37,642 nucleotides of DNA from Candidatus Bathyarchaeota archaeon UBA233 (GTDB taxonomy: Archaea; Thermoproteota; Bathyarchaeia; Bathyarchaeales; UBA233): contig DAZI01000030.1 in NCBI GenBank assembly GCA_002507245.1, positions 1-37,642 on the forward strand. Reading direction: 5' to 3'. The position numbers and the translations under genes are program-made. This document shows, one piece after another, positions 26,201 to 34,647 of the stretch. How positions within the stretch are numbered: the stretch's first letter is position 1; each line of letters starts with the position of its first letter. The notes below the pieces were generated by a model. It saw only the letters and a program-made list of their open reading frames with translations, was not told the origin of the DNA and did no database searches.

Positions 26201-26842
26201 GAAGCGCTTTTGCAAATGATGAACCTTGAGCTTGAGAGAATAGGAGGGGTAAATCAGCTTGCCCTTTCACATTATGCGGAGCAAATCTCTCGATACAAAG
26301 AGCTTTCATTGCGGATGAACGAGCTTGAACGTGAAAAACAAGCAATAATCGCCTTCATGGAAGAAATCGACCGCAAAAAAAGGAAAGTGTTCATGGAAGC
26401 CTTCACCAGAATAAACGAGAACATCAGACGTTATTTCTCCAAGCTCACTGGCGGGGGATATGCCTTTCTAAAGCTGGAAAACCCAGAAGAACCCTTTGCT
26501 GGCGGCATAGATATGGTGGTACAGTTCCCAAACAAGCCTCCTATTCTAGTTACAGGTGCAAGCGGAGGCGAACGCTCCGTAGCCGCTGTTGCATTCCTCT
26601 TTGCAATACAAGAGTTTTCCCCAGCGGCCTTCTACATTCTAGACGAGATAGACGCCCATCTGGATGCTTTTCACGTGGAAAAGCTTGGTGAACTACTTTC
26701 TGAGGAAGCCTCCAAATCCCAGTTCATAGTAATCACATTGAAGCCTGAAATGGTAAATAAAGCACAGAAGGTTTATGGAGTTTATGAGCGGAACGGGGTT
26801 TCAAACGTGATTTCAGCCCGTTTCTTGGAGGCTAGGGTGTAA
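23291..26842 (+). CDS. smc: Chromosome segregation protein SMC
   Basis: GFKSF, Walker A GPNGSGKTN, Q-loop IMQG, long coiled coils, central hinge, signature SGGE, Walker B/D-loop LDEIDAHLD. 1183 aa. Confidence 0.98.
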   Translation: MPYIKKIEVKGFKSFGPKTVTLTLDKGFTVITGPNGSGKTNIVDAILFALGELSVRRLRADAANKLIFHGSPEAGIEKARSAKVVIQFDNSDGRIPVDTATVTISREVQRNGQSIYRLNGRRVSRTQILEMLSMAGISSSGHNLIMQGTITRLTDISAAERRKIIEDLIGIAQYDAEKAEAEEKLRVADMSIRTAMGRIDEVQKRVDDLERERNELLRYRFIQNEIKKFEIKKLSYEILKLRKEVEQLSSQVNKVSEKVEKLRQLREHFRSKRRIIEIEWRKLSSEMVEEGGARVLQVQMKIGELKSKLSELTSRINSGTISLEGLRKVRENNRQHFEELRSEIKENRLKIRKLRRTYEKLQDDISEKQAEHDALVRETAHLWESLDQNSSKIREVENRLDKLYQRLVELRTETAKTQNSIKARMRRLKDLATRKERFQETLNELQKSVKDLEEIQKEQKNRLKSLEQTLEKRKAQKEAIAREIAEAEKIAESAKNAVVEFATQKELAETIAAEEKALRSIEELGELGVISGIRGRLKNLIKLDRRYQKALEAAATGWLDALVVNDLEAAYTCTETLRRLKLGRIKIIPLNGITQAGEFKPPRREGVVGLAPTFVKCSKEYLPAVFFVFGDTVVALHEKAAAALSRDGYRVVTVRGDVFEPGGGMESGYYRAPIDFSNIIPSENALKRLDEAVEALKQHLARRNKDIDAIEEEIDKTLIEITRLSEAITMLDNEIARVQRSIKRTQRNIRRVDLYMQRVNKLLDKERNQIGLYRAERQAIKKEVRKLRKELSELRRKTDPTHIQTLEVKREKLAEEIIKLRQNLGTVETEISTLQSQFQNILRISYQNSKIQLRKVEQQLRRLEKEVREALEQKEQLRKELMELEKSRIELSRTVLSAREEAKKFTAQIDEIDKKLRRLDAEYEETERILNKLRLKLQTSLLQMEQHRSTLRQLGCHEPVQVSEKELEQAEALLQMMNLELERIGGVNQLALSHYAEQISRYKELSLRMNELEREKQAIIAFMEEIDRKKRKVFMEAFTRINENIRRYFSKLTGGGYAFLKLENPEEPFAGGIDMVVQFPNKPPILVTGASGGERSVAAVAFLFAIQEFSPAAFYILDEIDAHLDAFHVEKLGELLSEEASKSQFIVITLKPEMVNKAQKVYGVYERNGVSNVISARFLEARV

Positions 26843-27555
26843 TGCCACGTCTAAGCCCCGCAAGTAAGCCTTTCTACATGCATCCACCTTGGAACATCCT
26901 TTTCGATTTTCGACAGTTAGAAAAAATTGTTCCGTGGAAAGTGAACGTTGCCTATTTGCTCTTATCTTTTCTAGAAGAGATGGAAAAAAGAGGCGAAGTT
27001 GACTTTAGGGCTTCCGGTGTTGCCTTAGACTCATCAGCCTTCATATACCTCATGAAATCTAAACTTCTGCTAAAATTAGAGGAGCCCCCTGCATCCCCAC
27101 CTAAGAAAATCCTTGATTTTCTCCCTCCACCCCTGTTTCTTCCCCTACGTCACGAGCTCACCTCCACCACTATTCAACATTTACTTCAAGTTCTAGACGA
27201 AGTGCTAAAAGGAGAGAAGCTGTTGCCAACAAAACGGAAAACCGAACCTATTCTTCCACCCCCGTCGGACATACTGCCTGCTCTCGATGTTTACTTGATG
27301 GAAATAGAGGCTCAAATGGAAGAATTGTTTCTTCAGCTCTCTCAAAGCGTAAAAGGGAAAGGTATAATTAACTTCTCAAAATTCGCTGCTGGAAAGAAAA
27401 GGATAGATGTCGTGAGGATTTTTATACTTCTGCTGTTTCTGGCTCAGAGAGGAAAGGTTAGCTTATGGCAAAGCGAGGATTTGGGAGAAATATATATTAC
27501 CGTAGGAGAAAGCTCACATGGAACGGACAGTTTTAACCCAGATGAAACAGGATAG
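26842..27555 (+). CDS. scpA: Kleisin ScpA
   Basis: PWKVNV, DFRASG.AL..SA.IYLMKS, C-terminal FILLLFLAQRGKVSLWQ...GEIYI. Overlaps the smc stop (TAATG). Confidence 0.9.
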   Translation: MPRLSPASKPFYMHPPWNILFDFRQLEKIVPWKVNVAYLLLSFLEEMEKRGEVDFRASGVALDSSAFIYLMKSKLLLKLEEPPASPPKKILDFLPPPLFLPLRHELTSTTIQHLLQVLDEVLKGEKLLPTKRKTEPILPPPSDILPALDVYLMEIEAQMEELFLQLSQSVKGKGIINFSKFAAGKKRIDVVRIFILLLFLAQRGKVSLWQSEDLGEIYITVGESSHGTDSFNPDETG

Positions 27556-28105
27556 ACCTATTAAGGAAAAAGTTAAAGAAGAAAAACTAAAGCGGGAATT
27601 AGCTCTTTTAGAGGCAGCTCTGTATGTTGCTGGGCGTCCTTTAGATTTGAAGGTTTTAGGCTCCATTCTTAAAACACGGTCTAAAAGAAAAGTTCAAAGA
27701 TTAGCTCGAATGTTGATGAAAGAATACGAAAGTCGAAATACGGCCCTCGAAATTTTAGAGCTAAAGGACGAGAGGTTTGTGCTCCAGTTAAAAGCCGAAT
27801 ACACCCCACAAGTAAGAAGACTGGTAAAGCGGCCGCTTCTTTCCACCGGGCCACTTAAAACGCTTGCTTATATCGCTTATAAACAGCCGGTTTCGCAAAT
27901 GCGGGTTATTGCGGTGAGAGGGCGTCATGCATATGCGCATATCAAACAGCTCGAGGAGATGGGGCTGATCACTCGTGAAAAAAGCGGCAGATCAAGTGTT
28001 TTAAGAACCACTAGCTACTTTGCTGACTACTTTGGTTTAAGCCATGATATTGCCACAATGAAACGGCAACTAAAAAAGGTGTTTAATCAACCCACTTCTC
28101 AATAA
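27518..28105 (+). CDS. scpB: SMC-Scp complex subunit ScpB
   Basis: LEAALYVAGRPL, LKTLAYIAYKQPV, RG, TTSYFADYFGL. Confidence 0.95.
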   Translation: MERTVLTQMKQDRPIKEKVKEEKLKRELALLEAALYVAGRPLDLKVLGSILKTRSKRKVQRLARMLMKEYESRNTALEILELKDERFVLQLKAEYTPQVRRLVKRPLLSTGPLKTLAYIAYKQPVSQMRVIAVRGRHAYAHIKQLEEMGLITREKSGRSSVLRTTSYFADYFGLSHDIATMKRQLKKVFNQPTSQ

Positions 28106-28107
28106 GG

Positions 28108-28115
28108 TTTATATT
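28108..28115 (+). promoter_or_regulatory. TATA-box candidate for rps8e
   Basis: TTTATATT with AATAAGG upstream, about 50 nt before the ATG. Confidence 0.4.
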
Positions 28116-28164
28116 TAAAGCAGTTTTCTCATACTAAACACTGTTTCGGAAAGGGAAGAATAGA

Positions 28165-28554
28165 ATGTCTGTCTGGCATGGAGATCAACATAAACGTAAA
28201 CTGACGGGTGGAAAGAAACGTCCTTATCGAAAGAAACGCCGCTTCGAAAGAGGGTCTTTTCCAACAGAGACTCTGCTGGGTGACCCAGCGAGAAAAATAA
28301 GCCGTAGAAGAGGCGGAAACGTCAAGGTCAGGGTTCTAAGTGATAAATTCGCATGTGTGACTAACCCGGCTACTGGCAAAACCGAAAAAACTGAAATTCT
28401 TCGTGTAGTTAAAAATCCGGCGAACGTGGACTATGACAGGCGAGGCGTAATAACTAAGGGAGCTATAATTGAAACTTCCATGGGCTTGGCTCGTGTGACT
28501 TCGCGTCCAGGCCAAAACGGTGTAATAAACGCGGTGTTAATTGGCAAAGAATAG
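28165..28554 (+). CDS. rps8e: 30S ribosomal protein S8e
   Basis: RKLTGG, RGGNVK, NPAN..Y.RRGVITKGAIIET, VTSRPGQNG.INAVL. Confidence 0.98.
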   Translation: MSVWHGDQHKRKLTGGKKRPYRKKRRFERGSFPTETLLGDPARKISRRRGGNVKVRVLSDKFACVTNPATGKTEKTEILRVVKNPANVDYDRRGVITKGAIIETSMGLARVTSRPGQNGVINAVLIGKE

Positions 28555-28556
28555 TT

Positions 28557-28898
28557 TTATCGTTTCTTTGTTTTTTTGCGTTTTTGTGCTTCTAGGCGGC
28601 TTTTGCTTCTAACCCTTAAAAGTTCGGAAGCAATCCTCTTAAGAACTGTGTTTTTTGGCTGTTTTTTAGCAACTATCAACATGCCGCTTCTAACCCATGG
28701 AGTTTTAGGATAGGCTTTATCCAGAATCATTTTATTTTGGAAACCAAGGCGTTCTACAGCCTCCTTTAACTCGCTAATCTTAGGTGATGGAACACAAAGT
28801 TTCACTGGGAGTCTTCTTCCTTTCTCTCTGGTTTTTGTTGAATCAAAGTAAACTGGCCATACAACGATTTTGTCCTGTTTTCGCATTAAGGATGTCAC
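28557..28898 (-). CDS. srp19: Signal recognition particle protein SRP19
   Basis: VVWPVYFDSTKTREKGRRLP, KAYPKTPW..SG. Confidence 0.94.
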   Translation of the reverse strand: MTSLMRKQDKIVVWPVYFDSTKTREKGRRLPVKLCVPSPKISELKEAVERLGFQNKMILDKAYPKTPWVRSGMLIVAKKQPKNTVLKRIASELLRVRSKSRLEAQKRKKTKKR

Positions 28899-28906
28899 TC
28901 CTCCCT

Positions 28907-30667
28907 TTATTTGTGGGCATAGTAAGCGATAAGCTTCCTGGTTACTTCGTCTATTCTTACAAAGCCAAATCGCTCAAATTGTATTATTGTGCCTGGCTTT
29001 AGTTTTTTGCAAAGCTTTTCAGCGATTCCCCTTTCTATGGAAGCATCAGGCATAACCACATTACATGGCATTCCCATGTCAATTGGAATCCAATGAATTA
29101 ATGGCGCCTTTAATTTTTTTGCTTCTTGATAACCTTCACTATGATAGCAAGCCTCAACCGCGTAGCTTTTAACATCTAATATTTCAACATTAAAAAGTCC
29201 CATCAGTCGAATCACTTGTTTCCTTTTAAATTTCTCAGAGTCCCTTCTGGAAATCCAAAACTGTGTCCCTTGGTTTTCCCTTCTAGGCTCTATCCGATAC
29301 TTGCGGGCTCCTTTCTCCGGATATTCTGGGTGTAGGTAAAGTTGAACATCGAAGGCTTTTGGAACATTTTCCACTGTTAATTGAACTGGATTTACCACAA
29401 AGAAGAAACGGTTAGCTTTTGGATCTAGGATTTTACGGTTATAAGCATATAGATTTTCCCAGCTAAGTACCACATCCGCCGTTTTTGGGCCTACATCAAT
29501 TATTAGTTGCCGGATGGCCTCTGGCGTTATGCCTCTGCGTTTCAACGCGAGAAAAGTTGCAAGTCGAGGGTCATCCCAACTTTTGAATGTTCCATTGCGG
29601 ATTCCTTGAACTATCTTTGATTTACTGAGAAATGCTCCTGTAATCTTTAATCTGCCATAGTGGATAGCCTCAGGGTACTTCCATCCAAAATGTCCATACA
29701 TGTATTCTTGGCGATGTTGATTGGTTAAATGCTCTTTTCCTCGGATTATGTGTGTTACTCCCAGTAAGTGATCATCTATCCCACAGGCGAAGTTGTATAG
29801 GGGCCAAACGCGGTACTTGCTTCCAACCCTTGGGTGAGGATATTTTTCTGTATCTATTATCCGTAGGGCGGGCCAATCTCTTATCGCTGGGTTAGGATGG
29901 GTTATGTCGGTTTTAACGCGTACTACCGCGTTTCCTTCAGCATACGTGCCATCAAGCATTTTCTTCCATCTTTCAAGATGGATTTCTGGTGAGAGCTCTC
30001 GACATGGGCAGGGTTGTTTTTGTAGGATTCTTTTACGGAACTCCTGCGACATGCATGTGCACACATAGGCATTTCCATCATGCAACAATTTCTCAGCGTG
30101 TTCATAGTAAATTGGAATTCTGTCACTTTGAATATACTCTTTATCAGGCTTGCATCCTAACCATTCTAAGTCTTCTCTTATCCTGTCGTAGAATTCAAGC
30201 ACAGGTTTTTTCAGCTTTGGATCTGTATCTTCAAAGCGTAGGATGAAACGTCCCTTATACATTCTAGCATATTCGTAGCATAGGATTATCGCTCTAGCTG
30301 AGCCCAAGTGTAGAACACAATCAGGATTAGGTGAAAACCGTGTGATTATCAAAGGATATTTTTCCGCGTTGGGTAAGGGTGGAAGGCCCTTTTCCTCTTC
30401 AATTTTCCTTTTAGTTAACAGTTCTGGCCAGTTTTCTTCGATAATTTCTCGTTGTTTTGATAGACTTAGGCTGTTGACTTCTTGAACTATTTCTTTTATA
30501 AGTTGGGCTACTTGTTTTATCTCGGTTTTGAGTTGAGGTTTTTCCGCCAGTATCTTCCCCATTACTGGTGATTCACGCGCCTTTCCTTCGTGTTGAACAG
30601 CGTTTAATAAGGCGAATTTGCGGATTAATTCCCTTACTTCGGTTTCCATGCTTTTCAAGGAGCGCAC
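28907..30667 (-). CDS. gltX: Glutamyl-tRNA synthetase (archaeal)
   Basis: RFSPNPD..LHLGSAR, LRFEDTDP, THIIRGKEH, LSKS, WDDPRL, QFERFGF. Start may be ATG 30649. Confidence 0.97.
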   Translation of the reverse strand: MRSLKSMETEVRELIRKFALLNAVQHEGKARESPVMGKILAEKPQLKTEIKQVAQLIKEIVQEVNSLSLSKQREIIEENWPELLTKRKIEEEKGLPPLPNAEKYPLIITRFSPNPDCVLHLGSARAIILCYEYARMYKGRFILRFEDTDPKLKKPVLEFYDRIREDLEWLGCKPDKEYIQSDRIPIYYEHAEKLLHDGNAYVCTCMSQEFRKRILQKQPCPCRELSPEIHLERWKKMLDGTYAEGNAVVRVKTDITHPNPAIRDWPALRIIDTEKYPHPRVGSKYRVWPLYNFACGIDDHLLGVTHIIRGKEHLTNQHRQEYMYGHFGWKYPEAIHYGRLKITGAFLSKSKIVQGIRNGTFKSWDDPRLATFLALKRRGITPEAIRQLIIDVGPKTADVVLSWENLYAYNRKILDPKANRFFFVVNPVQLTVENVPKAFDVQLYLHPEYPEKGARKYRIEPRRENQGTQFWISRRDSEKFKRKQVIRLMGLFNVEILDVKSYAVEACYHSEGYQEAKKLKAPLIHWIPIDMGMPCNVVMPDASIERGIAEKLCKKLKPGTIIQFERFGFVRIDEVTRKLIAYYAHK

Positions 30668-30677
30668 TGTTCCCTGT

Positions 30678-31748
30678 CTAGATTTTTCTTTGGATGAGAT
30701 AGTTGGCGAAGGCTCTTAATTTTTCCTTTGCTTTTGAGGCTGACAAAAGAGGGGCTATTTCCTTCCAACTTTCCTCAACAATTTTCCTTGCATAGTTTTT
30801 TGCGTATTCGATGGCGCCATATTTCTTTATAATCCCTATTGCTTCTTCCTTAAGCTTTTCATCTGAAGTGTGCATGTTAAGTATTTCAATTAGTCTTTCT
30901 CTGTCTTGTTGCGATGCTTTTTTCAAGGTGTAAATTACTATAAGGCTTCGCTTTCCTTCTGTTATATCCTGTCCTTGACCACCCTTCTTTCTAGCGAATT
31001 CTTGGCTTATGATATCCAGCAGATCATCTTGAATTTGAAAAGCTACTCCCATAGATTCTGCGAACCTTCCTATTTTTTCCACGAGTTCATCGTTTGCGTC
31101 AGCTAGTACGGCGGCCATTTTTGCCGCCATCCTCGCTAATGTTCCAGTCTTGTAGGCGCACATTTGCATGTACGCTTCTTCAGTGAGGTGATTAGCATCT
31201 GCTAAGCCTTTATGCCACGCTATATCCATGGCTTGTCCTAAGCTTAGCTTTATCATTTCTTCCACATAAATTTCATAGATTTTGCTTAGTTTTTGGTCTG
31301 AGATTATGCTTCTTTTCTCAATTAATGGAAGCAGTGGTAGATAGTAAATGGCGTTTCCTAGGTTTACAGCTACATCTAATCCGTAAATTCTGTGAATGCA
31401 TGGTTTCCCTCTTCGATATTGGGAGTCATCTTCCACATCATCTATTATTATAGTTCCATTATGAATGATTTCAGGAATTATAGCGAAGTCTAAAAAGTCT
31501 TGAGGAGGCTTCCCCAGAGCTTCACATACTAAAAGGAAAAGCGCTGGTCTCCAACGTTTTCCTCCACGGTCTAGGAACTCCCAGAAAGGTTCCGCTAAAG
31601 CCTTGTTTAGGGCTTCAGTGTTATAAGCGTAACGAGGTGATATAATCTTGAAAAGAAGTGCGTTTTCGCCAAATTTTCGCGGAATATACTTCTCTATAAT
31701 CTTATCTATTTTCACCGCGGTTTCTTTAAGGAAATTCTCAACATCCAT
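30678..31748 (-). CDS. idsA: Geranylgeranyl diphosphate synthase (polyprenyl synthetase)
   Basis: GGKRWRP, FARM IIDDVED...RRG, GQAMD, KTG, SARM FQIQDDLLD, DITEGK. Confidence 0.94.
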   Translation of the reverse strand: MDVENFLKETAVKIDKIIEKYIPRKFGENALLFKIISPRYAYNTEALNKALAEPFWEFLDRGGKRWRPALFLLVCEALGKPPQDFLDFAIIPEIIHNGTIIIDDVEDDSQYRRGKPCIHRIYGLDVAVNLGNAIYYLPLLPLIEKRSIISDQKLSKIYEIYVEEMIKLSLGQAMDIAWHKGLADANHLTEEAYMQMCAYKTGTLARMAAKMAAVLADANDELVEKIGRFAESMGVAFQIQDDLLDIISQEFARKKGGQGQDITEGKRSLIVIYTLKKASQQDRERLIEILNMHTSDEKLKEEAIGIIKKYGAIEYAKNYARKIVEESWKEIAPLLSASKAKEKLRAFANYLIQRKI

Positions 31749-31776
31749 ATTTTCTTCTCCATTAAAGAATTCTAAA

Positions 31777-32883
31777 CTATATTAAACGCCTTGCATAAGC
31801 TTCTACGTCAAATCCTCTTAACCTTAACCATTCACCCGTCTTTCCCATAACCAGAATAGGCGCCTTCTTTAATTCTTCTATGGAGGATGCTCCTACTAGA
31901 AACATTGTGTTTCTTAGTTCTTTGATCAGGAAGTTTAATGTTTCCTTTACTTTTTCTACTCCCTTAGTCGCTGAGCGTAAGATTGGTGCGGAAACACTTG
32001 TTAGACTGGCACCTAGGGATATAGCTTTAGCTATGTGGATGCCGCTTCGGATGCCCCCCGAAGCGATTACTGGGATTTGCACTGTTTTGGAAACTTCCAC
32101 TATGCTGGCGGCTGTTGGTATTCCCCAATCCCAAAAGTTTTCGCCCAGTTTCCTTTGAAACTTGCTCTTTGCATTTTCAGCTCGGTAATACTCCACAGCT
32201 GCAAAGCTTGTTCCGCCTACACCGCTGACATCTATTCCAGCTACACTAGCTGCTTCGAGTTTTCGTGCTTCCTCATAGGCTATTCCAGCGCCAGTTTCCT
32301 TTACGATTACTGGAACTTTCAGACTTCGAGCTATTTTCTCTATTTTTTGGAGAACCCCTCGGTAATTGGTTTCTCCTTCTGGTTGGATTGTTTCTTGTAA
32401 GGGGTTTAGATGGATGACTAAAGCGTTTGCATCTATCATTTCTACAGCTTTTCTAGCTTCTTCTATTCCATAGCCTTCTACGAGTTGAGGCGCCCCTAGG
32501 TTAGCCATTAAGAAGGCTGTAGGTGCTTTTTCTCGGGTTATAGCAAAAGTTTTGGATAGTTGTGGATTTTCTATGGCTATTCTTTGGCTTCCAACTCCCA
32601 TTCCCAATCCTAATTCTTCTACAGCTTCGGCTATGTTGGCGTTAATTTCTTCAGCTTCTTTAGTCCCTCCAGTTAATGCTCCCACAACTAGCGGCGCAGT
32701 AAATTTGTGGTTAAATGCCATTGTGGACGTGTCTATATCTTTCATTTCGATTTCAGGTAAGGCTTTATGTACAAATTTTATATCTTCAAAGCCTGCGGTA
32801 ACTTTTCTGGCTTTCACATTTTTTTCGAGACATATCCTTATGTGGTCATTCTTCCTCTTCGCAATTTCATTCAATTGTCTCAC
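31777..32883 (-). CDS. fni: Type-2 isopentenyl-diphosphate delta-isomerase
   Basis: RKNDHI, ALTGG, GVGSQR, HLNPLQE.IQPEG, KETGAG, GGTSFAAVE, WGIPT, ASGGIR. Confidence 0.97.
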   Translation of the reverse strand: MRQLNEIAKRKNDHIRICLEKNVKARKVTAGFEDIKFVHKALPEIEMKDIDTSTMAFNHKFTAPLVVGALTGGTKEAEEINANIAEAVEELGLGMGVGSQRIAIENPQLSKTFAITREKAPTAFLMANLGAPQLVEGYGIEEARKAVEMIDANALVIHLNPLQETIQPEGETNYRGVLQKIEKIARSLKVPVIVKETGAGIAYEEARKLEAASVAGIDVSGVGGTSFAAVEYYRAENAKSKFQRKLGENFWDWGIPTAASIVEVSKTVQIPVIASGGIRSGIHIAKAISLGASLTSVSAPILRSATKGVEKVKETLNFLIKELRNTMFLVGASSIEELKKAPILVMGKTGEWLRLRGFDVEAYARRLI

Positions 32884-33677
32884 CCTTTTTGAATGTATGT
32901 GCCTACAACTTTCTCGTTTTTTAAAGCTTTGTAGACTCTATTAGATTTAGTCGCATTGACTATAGAAACGGTTATTCCTTCTCTAATGGCTGGAATTAAC
33001 TCTTTAATTTTTCCAAGCATTCCACCTGTAACATCGACTGTTCCGGCATCTCCTAGATTTTTATACATTTTTTTCAGTTCTTTCAGTGTTAATTGTGGAA
33101 TTAAGCTTGCAGAACTATGCTTTTTAGGGTCCGCTGTGTATACGCCGTCTACGTCAACACCCATGATTATTCGTTCAGCTTCGAATTTCAACGCTAAGTT
33201 CGAAACAAGTTGGTCTCCGGAAAGAATAGAGAACCCTTTTGCTACATCTATTACGGCATCTCCATAAAGCACCGGAATGAAGTCTTTTTCGAAGAACTTC
33301 GTTAGCGCCTTGTCATCGAAGGCATAGATCCGACCATGCTTCGTTAGTATACAAGACGAAGGCGCAATACCTATTGCTGGTATGTCGCGTTGTATTAATG
33401 TGTTGACGAAGAGGCTGTTAAGCGTAACCATCGCACTATGTGTCCAGCAGAATCCTATGTTTTGTTCTTTGGTTTTAAAGCCCTCATTTATTGCGTATTC
33501 TTTTGCTATCGGGTGTCCGAAACTTCCGCCTCCGTGAACGATTAAGAGTTTCGAAATCCTTGCTTTGCTTATTTCTCTGGCTAGTCTTTTCATGACTCGA
33601 AGATTGGGCGTTAGAGGTTTCTCTTTAAAAGTTATTGCTGAGCCGCCAATCTTTAAGACAACTGGTTTATGGCTCAA
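32880..33677 (-). CDS. ipk: Isopentenyl phosphate kinase
   Basis: LKIGGSAIT.K, VHGGGSFGH, PVLYGD, SGDQ, DVTGGM..K. Probable TTG start at 33677 after GAGGGAG. Confidence 0.94.
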   Translation of the reverse strand: MSHKPVVLKIGGSAITFKEKPLTPNLRVMKRLAREISKARISKLLIVHGGGSFGHPIAKEYAINEGFKTKEQNIGFCWTHSAMVTLNSLFVNTLIQRDIPAIGIAPSSCILTKHGRIYAFDDKALTKFFEKDFIPVLYGDAVIDVAKGFSILSGDQLVSNLALKFEAERIIMGVDVDGVYTADPKKHSSASLIPQLTLKELKKMYKNLGDAGTVDVTGGMLGKIKELIPAIREGITVSIVNATKSNRVYKALKNEKVVGTYIQKG

Positions 33678-34644
33678 TTCTGACTCCCTCATTTGTCTTT
33701 CTTGCAATATATGGCGTTCCGCCAGCATGTTGGATGGCTTCAGCTACAGTTTCCATTCTGTCAGGCTCTGTCAGTGCTATCATGCATCCTCCTCCACCCG
33801 CTCCGGTAAGTTTAGCGCCTAACGCCCCAGCTTTGCGTGCGTTAGTGATAAGCCACTCTAGAGTTTCGCATGAAACGCCTACTGCGCATAGCAATGCGTG
33901 GTTAATGTCTGCAAGTTCGCCTAATGTTTTGATGTCTCCTTGACGCATTGCTTCTATGGCCTGTAGGACTATCTGTCTTCCGCTACGCAATATGGGTTCT
34001 ACTATGGACGGAAATCGTTCATGCTTTTCTCTAACTCTGGCAACCAGGTCCCTAGTTGATCTTGAAACGTGGGTGTCCCCAATAACCAGGGGTATCTCCA
34101 TTTTTACTTCTAGGGGCCTAACCCCTGTGTCCATCTGGAACAGAATGGTTCCGCCGAAGGTAGCTATTGCCGGGTCAACCCCTGAAGGTGTTCCATGAAC
34201 AATTCGTTCAGCTTCATAGGTTATGCGAAAAATGTCTTCTCTAGAAAGTTTAACTTCCAGAATTTCAGCTACTGCCATGGTTGTGGCTGCAGCTACTGCA
34301 GCGGACGAACCTAAGCCGGCGGCAACGGGTACTGTGGAACGAATTTCTATGTTCAATCCCGTGTTTTTTCCGGAAATTTCAGAGATCTTGTCCACAACTT
34401 TTTTGATTGGTTCTAACCTGTATCTTGCTCGTTCGTCGCCTTTTTCTGGTTGGAAATTGCTTTCCTCAAAATATCCAGATATTCCAAGATTGGTTGAATG
34501 CACGTATATGCGTTTGTCGGTACGCAATTCCACTTTTGCATAGGCTCTTTTGTCTATGGCTAGAACTATTGCAGGTTCGCCGTATACAACGAAATGTTCA
34601 CCAAAGAGGATAACTTTAGCGGGAGCTGAGGCAACAACCCCCAA
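33667..34644 (-). CDS. mvk: Mevalonate kinase
   Basis: APAKVILFGEHFVVYG, PVAAGLGSSAA, HGTPSGVD, KLTGAGGGGC. Confidence 0.96.
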   Translation of the reverse strand: MGVVASAPAKVILFGEHFVVYGEPAIVLAIDKRAYAKVELRTDKRIYVHSTNLGISGYFEESNFQPEKGDERARYRLEPIKKVVDKISEISGKNTGLNIEIRSTVPVAAGLGSSAAVAAATTMAVAEILEVKLSREDIFRITYEAERIVHGTPSGVDPAIATFGGTILFQMDTGVRPLEVKMEIPLVIGDTHVSRSTRDLVARVREKHERFPSIVEPILRSGRQIVLQAIEAMRQGDIKTLGELADINHALLCAVGVSCETLEWLITNARKAGALGAKLTGAGGGGCMIALTEPDRMETVAEAIQHAGGTPYIARKTNEGVRIEP

Positions 34645-34647
34645 ACA

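Noticed and set aside
23900-26400. A/G-rich quasi-repetitive sequence in smc
   Set aside because: Explained by Glu/Lys/Arg/Leu-rich coiled-coil coding; no exact repeat units seen.
30290-30345. GluRS HIGH motif reads HLGS
   Set aside because: Such variants are common in TACK GluRS; not evidence of inactivation.
33667-33728. 62-nt mvk/ipk overlap implied by the ORF track
   Set aside because: A TTG at 33677 with an SD gives an ordinary 11-nt overlap and a normal IPK N-terminus.
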